A stretch of DNA of 64,000 nucleotides from a virus. The stretch is from positions 96,001-160,000 of IMG/VR virus record IMGVR_UViG_3300003690_000002. One strand, written 5' to 3'. The notes below the pieces were generated by a model, which worked only from the letters and a program-made list of their open reading frames with translations, ran no database searches and had not been told where the DNA came from. Shown piece after piece: positions 51,895 to 61,763 of the stretch. Position 1 is the stretch's first letter. Each line of letters begins with the position of its first letter. The position numbers and the translations under genes were made by a program.

Positions 51895-52121
51895 TTATTT
51901 TCTTTACCCCGTTTTTTTAAAGCCCCATAAACTTTAGAAAGTTCTTCCCCGGTCAGATCATCCAAATGAGACTTACCCGTAAGTTCCTTAGTCCAATTCA
52001 TAAATTGAGCATCGTCGTCCCATGGGATATCTAACTCCTTTGCACGTTTGTGTATATCTTCTACGGATATCTTTTCTTCTTTTAAATATTTTCGCCAATT
52101 TTCAAGTAGGAGTTTCATCAT
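51891..52121 (-). CDS. Leader-A small protein
   Basis: MKLLLENWRKYLKEE; late motif at 52135-52143. Confidence 0.7.
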   Translation of the reverse strand: MMKLLLENWRKYLKEEKISVEDIHKRAKELDIPWDDDAQFMNWTKELTGKSHLDDLTGEELSKVYGALKKRGKENK

Positions 52122-52157
52122 AATAAGTCCATTAGTAATTAGTTAATACGCTTTTAA

Positions 52158-52196
52158 AATAAAAAAAGGCGAGCAAATTGCAATTTGCTCGCCTTT
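52158..52196 (-). terminator. Intrinsic terminator after hsp20
   Basis: Perfect 32-bp palindrome 52165-52196 followed by a T-run on minus. Confidence 0.85.
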
Positions 52197-52228
52197 AATT
52201 AGTTTTAAGCCGTGTTAAGTTCCTTTAT

Positions 52229-52660
52229 TTACTTAACTTTGATAGAAGATACAATTGGTTCTTCTACTTTTTGTTTGGCAACAAAAACATTTAACACTCC
52301 AGATTTATATTCGGCAGAAATATCTGAGGTTTGTGTCCCTTCGGGAACTACCCATGAGCGCTTAAGTTGTGAATGTGCAAAGCTATTATCGCTTTTATCA
52401 GACACATCATACGAAACTGTTAATACATCACTTTTAAGCTCAACATTGAAATCTTTCTTTTCAAGCCCTGGAGCAGCCACTGAAATTTTGTGAGATGCTT
52501 CAGTTTCCGTTACGCTTATGCCGCGTTCGGAAGCATGTGTATTATCAAGAATTCGCCAACTAGTAGAAAACAGTGGGGAATTAAAAAAATCATCAAAAAT
52601 GCTTTTTTGGCTGTGCCGACTAAGGCTGGGCATGTGATACCGACGAGATAGACTATTCAT
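52229..52660 (-). CDS. hsp20: Small heat-shock protein (Hsp20/alpha-crystallin)
   Basis: APGLEKKDFNVE; LTVS; AEYKSGVLNV; start at ATG 52660 after AAGGAAAA. Confidence 0.92.
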   Translation of the reverse strand: MNSLSRRYHMPSLSRHSQKSIFDDFFNSPLFSTSWRILDNTHASERGISVTETEASHKISVAAPGLEKKDFNVELKSDVLTVSYDVSDKSDNSFAHSQLKRSWVVPEGTQTSDISAEYKSGVLNVFVAKQKVEEPIVSSIKVK

Positions 52661-52720
52661 AATAATTATTTTCCTTTTTTTGTTTGTTTTAGTCACTTTC
52701 GTTCGACAGCCTTAGTCGGC
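52615..52720 (-). promoter_or_regulatory. Long-range hairpin enclosing the hsp20 initiation region
   Basis: Perfect 14-bp inverted repeat GCCGACTAAGGCTG (5-prime UTR, 52707-52720) / CAGCCTTAGTCGGC (codons 11-16, 52615-52628). Confidence 0.65.
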
Positions 52721-54933
52721 TGCCACTCTTATAAAAATATAGGAAAGTTTTCAAACATGTCAAGTCTTTTTTTAATTTTTATTTATGGAAATATTATAAC
52801 CTAATAATTCTTTTTTACAATTAGCCAAAGAAGCAAGGTAAACAGAAACTCTTACCATCTCTTCATCTGATATATAATATATATTTTGTTCTTCTTTACT
52901 CTCATCAATAGTCATTTCAACTTTATTTAATATCTTAAGCATTAAACTTGTCGTCGCATATGCTTCACACAATAGTGATAATATTTCATGATTATGAATA
53001 TTAAAACTTACATGGTGAGAGATTAAAGACCTTAAAGCCACTTCGCAGCTGCTGGCAATTTTATAAAATCCCTTAAAAGATAATTCTGAAAGCTCAAGGT
53101 AAATTATTTTATTTTGCTTGTTCGTTTTTTTCTCACTGTGATGCTCTTTATGTTGGTGCCTACACCCCAAAACTGCTTATTCTTACGTAAATTTGCCAAC
53201 AACAATAGCTGAATATATATTTCTCCGTCTTCGCTCTTTTTAATTGAATATTTATATGGCTTGCTTTCAAATAAGCCATAAAGTGGTTTTCTCTTTCTTT
53301 TAGGTGGAGTATTTAAATATTCAATGCATCCTTCTACAATTTCATCATTTGTTTTTCCATCTTTTATATGACACGTATAATCAAGTTCAATATTAACCCC
53401 CACGATCCAACATCTTTTTTCACGCTTTTTAATTGGATAAGAGGAAGTTAAATAGATCCCGTATTTAATTCTTTTATTGCTAGTCGTGATCAAAGAGCCA
53501 TGCTTTTTAAGTGGTTTAAATCTACATTTAATCATCGAATTCTTTACCTTCTAGTGTGTAGCCGTCTTGATCGAAAAGATCTTCTAATCTTTCGTCAACA
53601 TCCTCAGCTTTTTCTTTTACCCAGTCATTTTCTAAAACTTCTTCTTGACTAGAGCTTTCTTTAGTTTTTGGGATGGTGGTAATTGAGCCATATTTTTTTA
53701 AATTAAACTGGGTTTCTATATATTTTTTTAATTCCGGGAGCTTGCCCAATATAAAATTATCTAATGTTTTGTTTTTTTGATTCTCATTATTATTATAGTG
53801 CAAGACAATAGGTATTTCATTAAATTTAAATAATTTTTTTATTTTTTCAAGCTCTTTTGGTGCAAAGTCCATAATCGTAATTAAAAAACTACATTTTTTC
53901 TCTATTAAATAAGAAATTATTTCATCACTCTCTGCGCATTCGCTAAATACATATACATGAAAAAACTCATCCCTTGATGACACTTTTGCTTTCCCCTTTA
54001 TATAATTTACTTTGAACAACTTTTGGGGCACCCACTACCACCAAATCAAACCCTGATTGACCCCTGCTTAAGCCAAGGCGAGTAAATTCTTGTCTTTTGT
54101 CCAACCCTTCGGGTAGATCTCCGCCTACAAATTTTTGCAAAAAGTCCTCCGCTTCCTTAAGATAAACTACATATTCTGGATTAATATATATCTCTCTTAA
54201 TTTAAAACTTGGTTTTGGATTGCGCTTATTTGCAACATCTTCTATACTTGAATAACTTAATCCAGTACCATAAATTTCAACAAATTTAATCATAACATTT
54301 CCTTGTTTCTTTTTCATGGACAAACCATGATTCGCCATTATGCAAAATTTTTAAAAACTTTCCGTCAACTTTTTCATCATCTACCACTAAAGCGTTTATG
54401 GGTTCAGAAGTACGTAAATACCCATTTGGAGTAGCGTAGGCTGTCTTCGATTTACTAAATTTATAAAGCACCGTTTCAGCTGGTATATATATAAGATTTC
54501 CTTTATTATTCATTGTCTTCTGTAGGCGCTATTTTATTAAAATCTTGGGCTGTAACATTATTTGTTTCGTGAGGAAGAACGCCAGGAGGTGAGTCCAACA
54601 TAGATGAATCTATTAAGGCTTTTTGATATCCTAGTAAGATATTTGTGCATTCTGATAAGCGCGTATCAATGTCAGCTAACTTTTCTCGTACATTGTCAAT
54701 TTTTTTGACAGACGCATTTACATTGTTATTTTGTTGTATTTCTTTATGGGCACAACTAAGGTCTTTAACCGCTTTGTTAGAAAGTTCCTCTATAGCTTCG
54801 CTGATTAACCCTGCGATTTTTTCAGGTAAATCATCGAAATTGACTGAATACGAAATTGTTGCTCTCACAAATCACCTTTACAATTATACTCTTTAAGTAT
54901 AGCAACTTCTAATAAAATTGTCAAGAAAAATAT

Positions 54934-55215
54934 TTATATTATATTCATATATTTAAAAACTAGTGCGGTGCCCATGCCAATTATACTTGTGGTTATAAGC
55001 CAAATTAGCCTAGTCATTGAAGTTTTCCAACTCTCTAATTCTCTGATTCGAGCATAAATACCTTGGTCTGGGTGGTAAACTGCTTCTTTAATCTTAGCAA
55101 TGTCTTCTGCCATTTCATCTTGCTTATCTTTTACGGTGTTAATATTTTGCATGATTTGCTCAAATTTTCCATTTAGTTCTACATAAGCAACAGAAGACTC
55201 CATGATGACTAACAC
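54934..55215 (-). CDS. Coiled-coil protein with C-terminal transmembrane helix (holin/XhlA-like architecture)
   Basis: Heptads followed by LIWLITTSIIGMGTALVF. Confidence 0.4.
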   Translation of the reverse strand: MLVIMESSVAYVELNGKFEQIMQNINTVKDKQDEMAEDIAKIKEAVYHPDQGIYARIRELESWKTSMTRLIWLITTSIIGMGTALVFKYMNII

Positions 55216-55253
55216 TCCTTTTGTTATTTTATTATCTTACTTATTAAATAGTG

Positions 55254-56822
55254 TTAAATTTCGACAATTGCATGATCTGTTGTGATTAATATAGAAATAG
55301 TTGAAGCCGCATTTTGAAGAGCACATCTTACAACTTTTGCCGGATCGACAATTCCAGCATTAAGCATGTTAACAGCCTTTCCTGTTGAGAAATCCCATCC
55401 GTTCTCCGGGCGCATACGAAGCACTTTGGCTAATATTAAATCTGGAGAGTCACCAGCGTTACGAGCCATTTGTCGTATTGGTTCTTTGACAGCTTCCAGC
55501 ACGATATTAACTCCTAGTTGTTGATCATCATTATTTGTTTTAATTTTCAAACCCTTGGAAGCTCTTAAAATGGCAACACCACCTCCGGCGACAATTCCCT
55601 CTTCTTGGGCGGATTTCACAGCCCCTAAAGCATCTTCAATTCTATGCTTTTTCTCTATCATTTCAATTTCTGTTGCTGCACCGACGCGAATAATTGCAAT
55701 CCCACTAGCTAATCTTGTAATTCTTTCTTGAATTCTTTCACACTCATATAGTGACTCTGTTTGCTCCAACTCGTTTTTCAATAATTCAATTTGTTTTTCA
55801 ACCCCTTCAAGATCACCCTTTCCGTCAACAATCGTAGTGGTATTTTTTAATATTTCAATTTTTTTAGCAACACCTAGATGCTGTAACTCTACATCTTTTA
55901 ATTTAAGTTCCGATTCTATTGTTACGTATGTTGCCCCAACTGACACTGCCAAATCTTTAAGAATGTTTCTCCGCTCTCTTCCATAATAAGGAGCTTTTAT
56001 AGCCGCAACTTTTAAAGTACCACGCACCGCATTCATAATTAATGCGGCTAGTGCTTGACCTTCAATGTCTTCTGCTACGATAACAAAAGGTCTTCCCTCC
56101 CTTGAAATAATCTCTAATAATGGCATTATCTCATCAATAGATTCGATTTTTCCATCAGTAATAAGAAATAGCGGATTTTCATATATAACTGCATTACGTT
56201 TTTCATCATTGATAAATGCACCGGCTAAATATCCTGAATTGAGCCTAAATCCTTCAACTACGTCTAGGCTTGTTTCGGCGGAACGAGCCTCTTCTATCGT
56301 AATCGCCCCATCTTTTCCTGCCAAGTCAATCGCTTTTGCAATTAGTTTTCCAATTGTTTTATCTCCGTTTGCAGAAATTGTAGCTATATGCTCAATATCT
56401 TCTTTCGAGGCAATTGGTATCGCTTGTTTTTTTAATTCTTCAACAATCGTAATCACAGCTTTATCAATACCTCTTTTAATATCAATAGGTGGAACTCCTG
56501 CTGCCAAATATTTTTGCGCTTCTTGTAATATTGCTCTTGATAAAACAGTTGATGTGGTTGTTCCATCTCCAGCATCCATATTTGTTTGAGTTGCAGCTTG
56601 TTTAACTATTTGTGCACCAACATTCTCAAATGGGTCTTCTAATTCAATAAATTTTGCCACTGTAACTCCATCTTTTGTTATCACTGGATTGCTATTTTTT
56701 AAATGTAATATTACATTTCTTCCTTTTGGTCCTAAAGTTGAAGCCACATTGTCTGCTAAAAGATTAACACCAGTAAATATTTTTTGTTGTAGTGTTTTTT
56801 TAGATTCGAATTTTTTTGCCAA
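55254..56822 (-). CDS. groEL: Chaperonin GroEL-like (no GGM tail)
   Basis: TLGPKGRNV; TKDGVTVAK; GDGTTT; ERITRLASG; GIVAGGG; DPAKV. Confidence 0.96.
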   Translation of the reverse strand: MAKKFESKKTLQQKIFTGVNLLADNVASTLGPKGRNVILHLKNSNPVITKDGVTVAKFIELEDPFENVGAQIVKQAATQTNMDAGDGTTTSTVLSRAILQEAQKYLAAGVPPIDIKRGIDKAVITIVEELKKQAIPIASKEDIEHIATISANGDKTIGKLIAKAIDLAGKDGAITIEEARSAETSLDVVEGFRLNSGYLAGAFINDEKRNAVIYENPLFLITDGKIESIDEIMPLLEIISREGRPFVIVAEDIEGQALAALIMNAVRGTLKVAAIKAPYYGRERRNILKDLAVSVGATYVTIESELKLKDVELQHLGVAKKIEILKNTTTIVDGKGDLEGVEKQIELLKNELEQTESLYECERIQERITRLASGIAIIRVGAATEIEMIEKKHRIEDALGAVKSAQEEGIVAGGGVAILRASKGLKIKTNNDDQQLGVNIVLEAVKEPIRQMARNAGDSPDLILAKVLRMRPENGWDFSTGKAVNMLNAGIVDPAKVVRCALQNAASTISILITTDHAIVEI

Positions 56823-57242
56823 TTTTCACCTCTTAAGATATATTATAACAATTTAAATATTTAATTTATATATTCTTTATCTTTTTTTAAAGTTGGATTT
56901 TTTAAAAGACCCTGAGTTTTCAATATATTTTTAGTTAAAATATAATAAGGATCTAATATAATTTGACTGTTAATTTTTTCTTTTACAGAGGCGCTAGTTA
57001 AATTTAGGGATTGTTCTATATTTTTCAAACACTCATCTAATTGCTCTAAGTCTGAATTAATAAGTTTAAAATTTGTATCAGTTAAATATGCATCACTTTC
57101 TATTAATCTATCATAAGTTTCTTCTTTCATGTCAACTATCAATAATAGATTATAATATATTTTTATTAAGTTTTCTTCATTTATCATGGCTGTATCTTCT
57201 TGATGCTTCATTCTATAATTAGTCTTCTAATTCTTTTTGCCA

Positions 57243-58172
57243 CTACTCTCCTCTTTTGTGAGGGTACAGTAAATTAGCTTTATTAGGGTTTAGTTTAGTG
57301 AATAATTTTCGTAATTCTTTTGTCTCTTTTTTAGTTCTACCAAGGATGTAAGTATATTTATGTTTTGCCGTGGCAGGTCTTTTTTGACATCTTAATTTAT
57401 GTCTAGCCCTCTCCTGTTTTAATTGTTTTGCTATTTCTTCTGGAATAATATTCCAATTTACTTTTCGAATGTTTTTCTTTTTTCCAACCATTCTATACCA
57501 TTCCTTCTGCCATTCGATTCCAAGTTTTTTTGCATAGCGAACAATCATGCTTCTATCTGCGAATCCACTATCCCCAAACCAACCTCTATTTAAGTTATCA
57601 GGATCAAGATATTGATTGCCTGAGCCAAATTGTTGTCCCAAGTAATAAAAATTGCATGCTTGATAAATTGTGCCAAGCTCTTTTGCCTCTGGATCGCTAT
57701 AGGCTGTAAATGACCTAAAAGAAGTGTTTTGAACCATCCAGTGAATAGATTTCATAATAAGCCAAGATCCAAGATTCTTTGGCGACCAGCTTATACAAGC
57801 ACCTCTCGATATTAATTTTTCCAAATCTTTATTTTCTTTTCCAAGAAGATGAGAAAAAGAATTAGGCGTTGCCATAATAATAACCCCAGCAAGTTGTCCT
57901 GTGCTTTTAAGTTTCGCTACAAACCTGTGTGTAACCCATATTGGCATTTTTCCTAACCATTCGTGACGTTCAATGAATTGTTTTATATTTCTGCATCGCT
58001 CTTTATCTGTTTTGGGCACAAATTCAAAATCAAAATCTGGAATGCGGAGAGATTTAACTGCTTGTAAATCAAGTCCTGCCTCTAACATGTCTTTCGCTAT
58101 ATTTAAACGGCGAATTTCGTGTTGCCAGCAATGAGATTTATTAAAATCTTTAAAACGTTCGTGTGTATACAT
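57243..58172 (-). CDS. Mom-like (GNAT-fold) DNA base-modification enzyme
   Basis: AYSDPEAKELGTIYQACNFYYLG matches the Mom-family D...G.IYQA.N..Y.G signature. Confidence 0.72.
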   Translation of the reverse strand: MYTHERFKDFNKSHCWQHEIRRLNIAKDMLEAGLDLQAVKSLRIPDFDFEFVPKTDKERCRNIKQFIERHEWLGKMPIWVTHRFVAKLKSTGQLAGVIIMATPNSFSHLLGKENKDLEKLISRGACISWSPKNLGSWLIMKSIHWMVQNTSFRSFTAYSDPEAKELGTIYQACNFYYLGQQFGSGNQYLDPDNLNRGWFGDSGFADRSMIVRYAKKLGIEWQKEWYRMVGKKKNIRKVNWNIIPEEIAKQLKQERARHKLRCQKRPATAKHKYTYILGRTKKETKELRKLFTKLNPNKANLLYPHKRGE

Positions 58173-58192
58173 TGGTTATTTAAGATGAAATA

Positions 58193-59251
58193 TTAATCTT
58201 CACTAGCTAGTATAGGACATGTGCCGTCGCTTTTACACGTTTTTCTTTTAATAGTGAACGTTGTCCAAGATACTCCCAAACCTGAATCAACATACATTCT
58301 CTCCCCCGGTTTATAATGACTACGGTTAGATGTGGAATAGGTAGTACGAGTTTTTGTCATTGGGCGTAACCTAAACGTTATGTTGATATTTGGGTCGTTC
58401 ATGTAATTATTTATTGCTGTTCCGATAGATACAGTTTTTGATAAATGTGTAGATAGTTCTTCAACACTAGTTATAGTTGTTGGTATTGTTGTCACTAGTA
58501 CAGCAGTTGCTGGATATGGATTGTCAGAGCCTCCAGCCACAACTAGTCTTAAAAAAGTTTTATATTTTCCTTCTAATATTTCAGATAAATCTAGGTATTC
58601 GTTTTTAATATTAAATTTACTTTTAAAAGTTAATCCCCCACTTCTTTTGGGAGTACCTAGAATAAACTTACCATTACTTTGTTCTACAACTTTTTGCATA
58701 TCCTCTGTAGAGATTTTATTTGGAAACTGATACGAGGGGTTAATTCCTTTCATCAGATCAATGAACATTGTTTTTTCCGCTTCTATTATGCTCGCTTGAT
58801 CTTGTGTTACTTCTGCCATTTTTTGTTTTATGTTGTCAACAATTATCTGCGCTTCATGTGGCTCTAAAGTGGTGTCTGTTAATCTTTTAAATAACTTTGC
58901 CTCATCCATTCTATTATCGAGAAAATCAAAATTTTCCTTTTTCATGCTGACACCGATTTCTTCACCGTTATCGGTAGTAAGCACGACATCGGCTTTTGGC
59001 TCTAAGGGTCCGCCTCCAAGCTTTGTTGCATCTTTGATTCGCTGAATGCCAAAATCGCCTAAGTTTACTTCTATGGGTGATCCGCCATTGGCGGCGATTA
59101 ATTCATTAACTGCTTTAACAAGATTTCTTTCGTTGTCTTGACCACTAACTCCTATTGTCATAGAAGTTACTTGCTCTTCAATTATTTTAATAAAGTTTTT
59201 AAAACTTAATTTTGGTCTAAAAAAGTTTTCTATTAATTGATCTAGGCTCAT
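58193..59251 (-). CDS. Putative PD-(D/E)xK restriction-like endonuclease
   Basis: Helix E (GQDNERNL), KADV, VSMKK (SxK variant); leader-like N-terminus LDQLIENF...KIIEE. Confidence 0.5.
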   Translation of the reverse strand: MSLDQLIENFFRPKLSFKNFIKIIEEQVTSMTIGVSGQDNERNLVKAVNELIAANGGSPIEVNLGDFGIQRIKDATKLGGGPLEPKADVVLTTDNGEEIGVSMKKENFDFLDNRMDEAKLFKRLTDTTLEPHEAQIIVDNIKQKMAEVTQDQASIIEAEKTMFIDLMKGINPSYQFPNKISTEDMQKVVEQSNGKFILGTPKRSGGLTFKSKFNIKNEYLDLSEILEGKYKTFLRLVVAGGSDNPYPATAVLVTTIPTTITSVEELSTHLSKTVSIGTAINNYMNDPNINITFRLRPMTKTRTTYSTSNRSHYKPGERMYVDSGLGVSWTTFTIKRKTCKSDGTCPILASED

Positions 59252-59254
59252 ATT

Positions 59255-59491
59255 TTAATTAGTTTTCTTTGCTTTAATCTTCTTCATAAATTTGCGTCTT
59301 TTTAAAACAAGTGTCTTGTATGTAACAAAATTACAGACTCCAGTGATTTTTAAATGGTGCTTTTTTTGAAACTTTTTAATTTTTTTTATCAGATTATTAT
59401 CGAACTTGGTGGCACCAAACCATTCAGGTTCCCATTTCAGCCTACGTGCATTCCTTTTATTGCGCCATCTTATGTACCATCTTTTGAACAT
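59255..59491 (-). CDS. Peptidoglycan-binding-like small protein
   Basis: IKKFQKKHHLKITGVCNFVT resembles PG_binding_1. Confidence 0.5.
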   Translation of the reverse strand: MFKRWYIRWRNKRNARRLKWEPEWFGATKFDNNLIKKIKKFQKKHHLKITGVCNFVTYKTLVLKRRKFMKKIKAKKTN

Positions 59492-59494
59492 TTT

Positions 59495-60130
59495 TCATAT
59501 TATAATATCTGCAATCCCACGTTTGACTGCTTGCTCTGCATTGAGATATATATTAACTTTTTTATCTAGCATCCTTTTTAGTTGTTTTTTTGTAATGTTG
59601 GTCTCATCTACAAGTGCATCAATGTGTTGTTCTTGAATCCATCTTATTTCTTCCATTTCGTTTTCCAAATTATAAATCGTTCCATGAGGTCCGCCAGCAA
59701 CACTATGCATCATTACTCGACAGTTTTTACCAATTTTTCGTTTTCCTTTTGTACCGGCAGCCAGCAATAATACTCCCCCAGACATCACTTTACCCACTCC
59801 ATAAGTGTGAATTTCGCACTCACAACGAACCATTCTCATGATATCATAAATAGCAAACATACTTAGTGCATCACCTCCCCAAGTAGAAATATAAAAATCG
59901 ATTGGCGAGGATTGAGTTTGTGTTATGTTGGAATCATCTGTAGCAGGGATATTTTTATAAAATTCTTTTAATGTTAATAAAGATAAGATAACATCTTCGG
60001 CTCTTTCTTCGTTAATATCTCCGCAAAGGCTAATTATTTTTATTTTTAGCTCTTCAATGAGATTATCATCAAGCCTAGATTGAGGTATCGTTTCTGTTGG
60101 TTCTTTTATTGGTTTAGACTTTTCTGTCAT
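59495..60130 (-). CDS. clpP: ClpP-family protease subunit
   Basis: YISTWGG; VMSGGVLLLAAG (catalytic Ser); VMMHS (His); usual catalytic Asp appears as Asn (KVNIYLNAEQA). Confidence 0.88.
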   Translation of the reverse strand: MTEKSKPIKEPTETIPQSRLDDNLIEELKIKIISLCGDINEERAEDVILSLLTLKEFYKNIPATDDSNITQTQSSPIDFYISTWGGDALSMFAIYDIMRMVRCECEIHTYGVGKVMSGGVLLLAAGTKGKRKIGKNCRVMMHSVAGGPHGTIYNLENEMEEIRWIQEQHIDALVDETNITKKQLKRMLDKKVNIYLNAEQAVKRGIADIII

Positions 60131-61148
60131 TTATTTTTGTTTTTTACCACTTTTCTTTTGGCATTGGTGCCCAACTTTAAAGGCTTTGGTTTTCCATTTC
60201 GATTTAACTCTTGTAAACCAAAAGGAAATCGTTTTGCCCATTCAAGCCATCCTTCTTTGGTTTTAAAACATTTTGTAAACATTAAAAAAGTTTCTTTAGG
60301 ATTATTTCGATTATATCCCTCCGCTGTCATACTCCAATCACTGGTGCTTCTAAGAATTTCATTCTTTTTTCTTTTATTAATATTTCCGTCGACTTGAAGA
60401 TGATAAACAAACTCATCTTTATTGTCTGTGGGAATTCTCCAAGCTTGTATTAGCATTCTTTTTTATCTCCCTTTTTTTAGCTGAAGTCTCAAATATATGT
60501 ATTTTAATTATATCATCTTCCCAGAAAAGGTCAACTTTTTTTTCTAAAAAAAGTTTTACAGCTTTCATGTAATTTTCAATTTGGTCCGGTAATAAATTTT
60601 TTCCTTCCTTCTGTTGGATACACCATTGAATTACAGAATTTGCAAAAAATGCTCTTTCTGCATGATAAATATTATTTTCTTTAGTTATGGCTCCTTCATC
60701 TTTAAGCCATACCAGAATAGTATTTTTAACAGAGATACCTTTCATTATAAAATATATAGTTAATTTTATAATGATCTAGATTGTTTTTTATAATATTTAT
60801 TTAAAAAATTCATGGCTTCACGCCAATTTTTAAATTTTATTAACGATCTAAACTTTTTTGGAAAATTTTCTATGAGCTTGCGAATTGCCGTTTCTTTCCA
60901 CAAACTAAGGGCTTGTTCATCGATTTCTTGAGCTTGCTTGACTTGCTCGGAAGTTGCCAAGGCTTTTTTCATTGTTTTATACTTTAATGTACGTATAAAC
61001 GCAACATCTTCTACTACTGTTCCTAAAAGCTGAAGACAATCAATTTGAACTTCCTGCAAAAGAAGAATCACTTTTCCAATATTAAGCATTTTTGCAAGAA
61101 GTTTATATGTCAATGCGCCAAGAAGAAACCACATTAATTCGTGCATAT

Positions 61149-61763
61149 TTAACCTTTGGGTCTTGCTCTCTTACTTACAACTTTGGGTCTTGCTCTCTTA
61201 CTTACAAGGCGGCTGGCAACACGTTTTGCAATTTCATTAACTAATTCCTCGTTGTTGTGAAATCGTCCTTTTTCCAAATATAGTTCTTTTTCGAACTCGT
61301 TTTCTTCTAACTCTTCTTCTTCTTCTTCTGGAAATTCTGCCTCTTCACCAGGTTCGCCTAGCTCTTCTTCGCCGGGAGCCGGAGCTTCTAGCTCTTCTTC
61401 GCCTCCTTCTGCGCCTTCCACATCTACTGAAACGCCAGTTTCTGATTCGATTGCATCAGCGATTGCATTTACCAACCCAACCACGTCTACACCCCCTTCA
61501 GCGGGTGCTTCTGCTTCTAGGTCTTCTTCGCCAGGAAGCGCCTCTTCTTCACCAGGGGGTGCCAATCCACCACCTCCACCGGGGGGTCCCAACTCTTCCT
61601 CGTCATCATCTCGCTGGTACACACCTTCTTCCAAATCTTCTTCTTCCTCTTCTTCAAGCTTTTTCTTGCTATCAAAAAAACTTTCTGAAAGTGGCTCAAT
61701 CGATGCTAGCCTCATAAATCGGCGTACTGTGTGTTCTTTCAGCAATGTTTTATTATCTTTCAT
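61149..61763 (-). CDS. Highly acidic Glu/Gly/Pro-rich protein, probable scaffold/core
   Basis: Start MKDNKTLLKE after AGGAG; late motif TATAAATAGT at 61801-61810 (plus-strand reading). Confidence 0.55.
   Translation of the reverse strand: MKDNKTLLKEHTVRRFMRLASIEPLSESFFDSKKKLEEEEEEDLEEGVYQRDDDEEELGPPGGGGGLAPPGEEEALPGEEDLEAEAPAEGGVDVVGLVNAIADAIESETGVSVDVEGAEGGEEELEAPAPGEEELGEPGEEAEFPEEEEEELEENEFEKELYLEKGRFHNNEELVNEIAKRVASRLVSKRARPKVVSKRARPKG
61154..61207. repeat. 27-bp tandem duplication encoding (L/V)VSKRARPK twice
   Basis: CTTTGGGTCTTGCTCTCTTACTTACAA x2. Confidence 0.95.

Noticed and set aside
56823-56860. CIRCE or other heat-shock operator upstream of groEL
   Set aside because: No TTAGCACTC-N9-GAGTGCTAA or similar repeat present.
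59495-60130. ClpP as the prohead protease that cleaves the leaders
   Set aside because: Host-like size and context with no neighbouring portal or capsid genes, and no evidence for Glu specificity.
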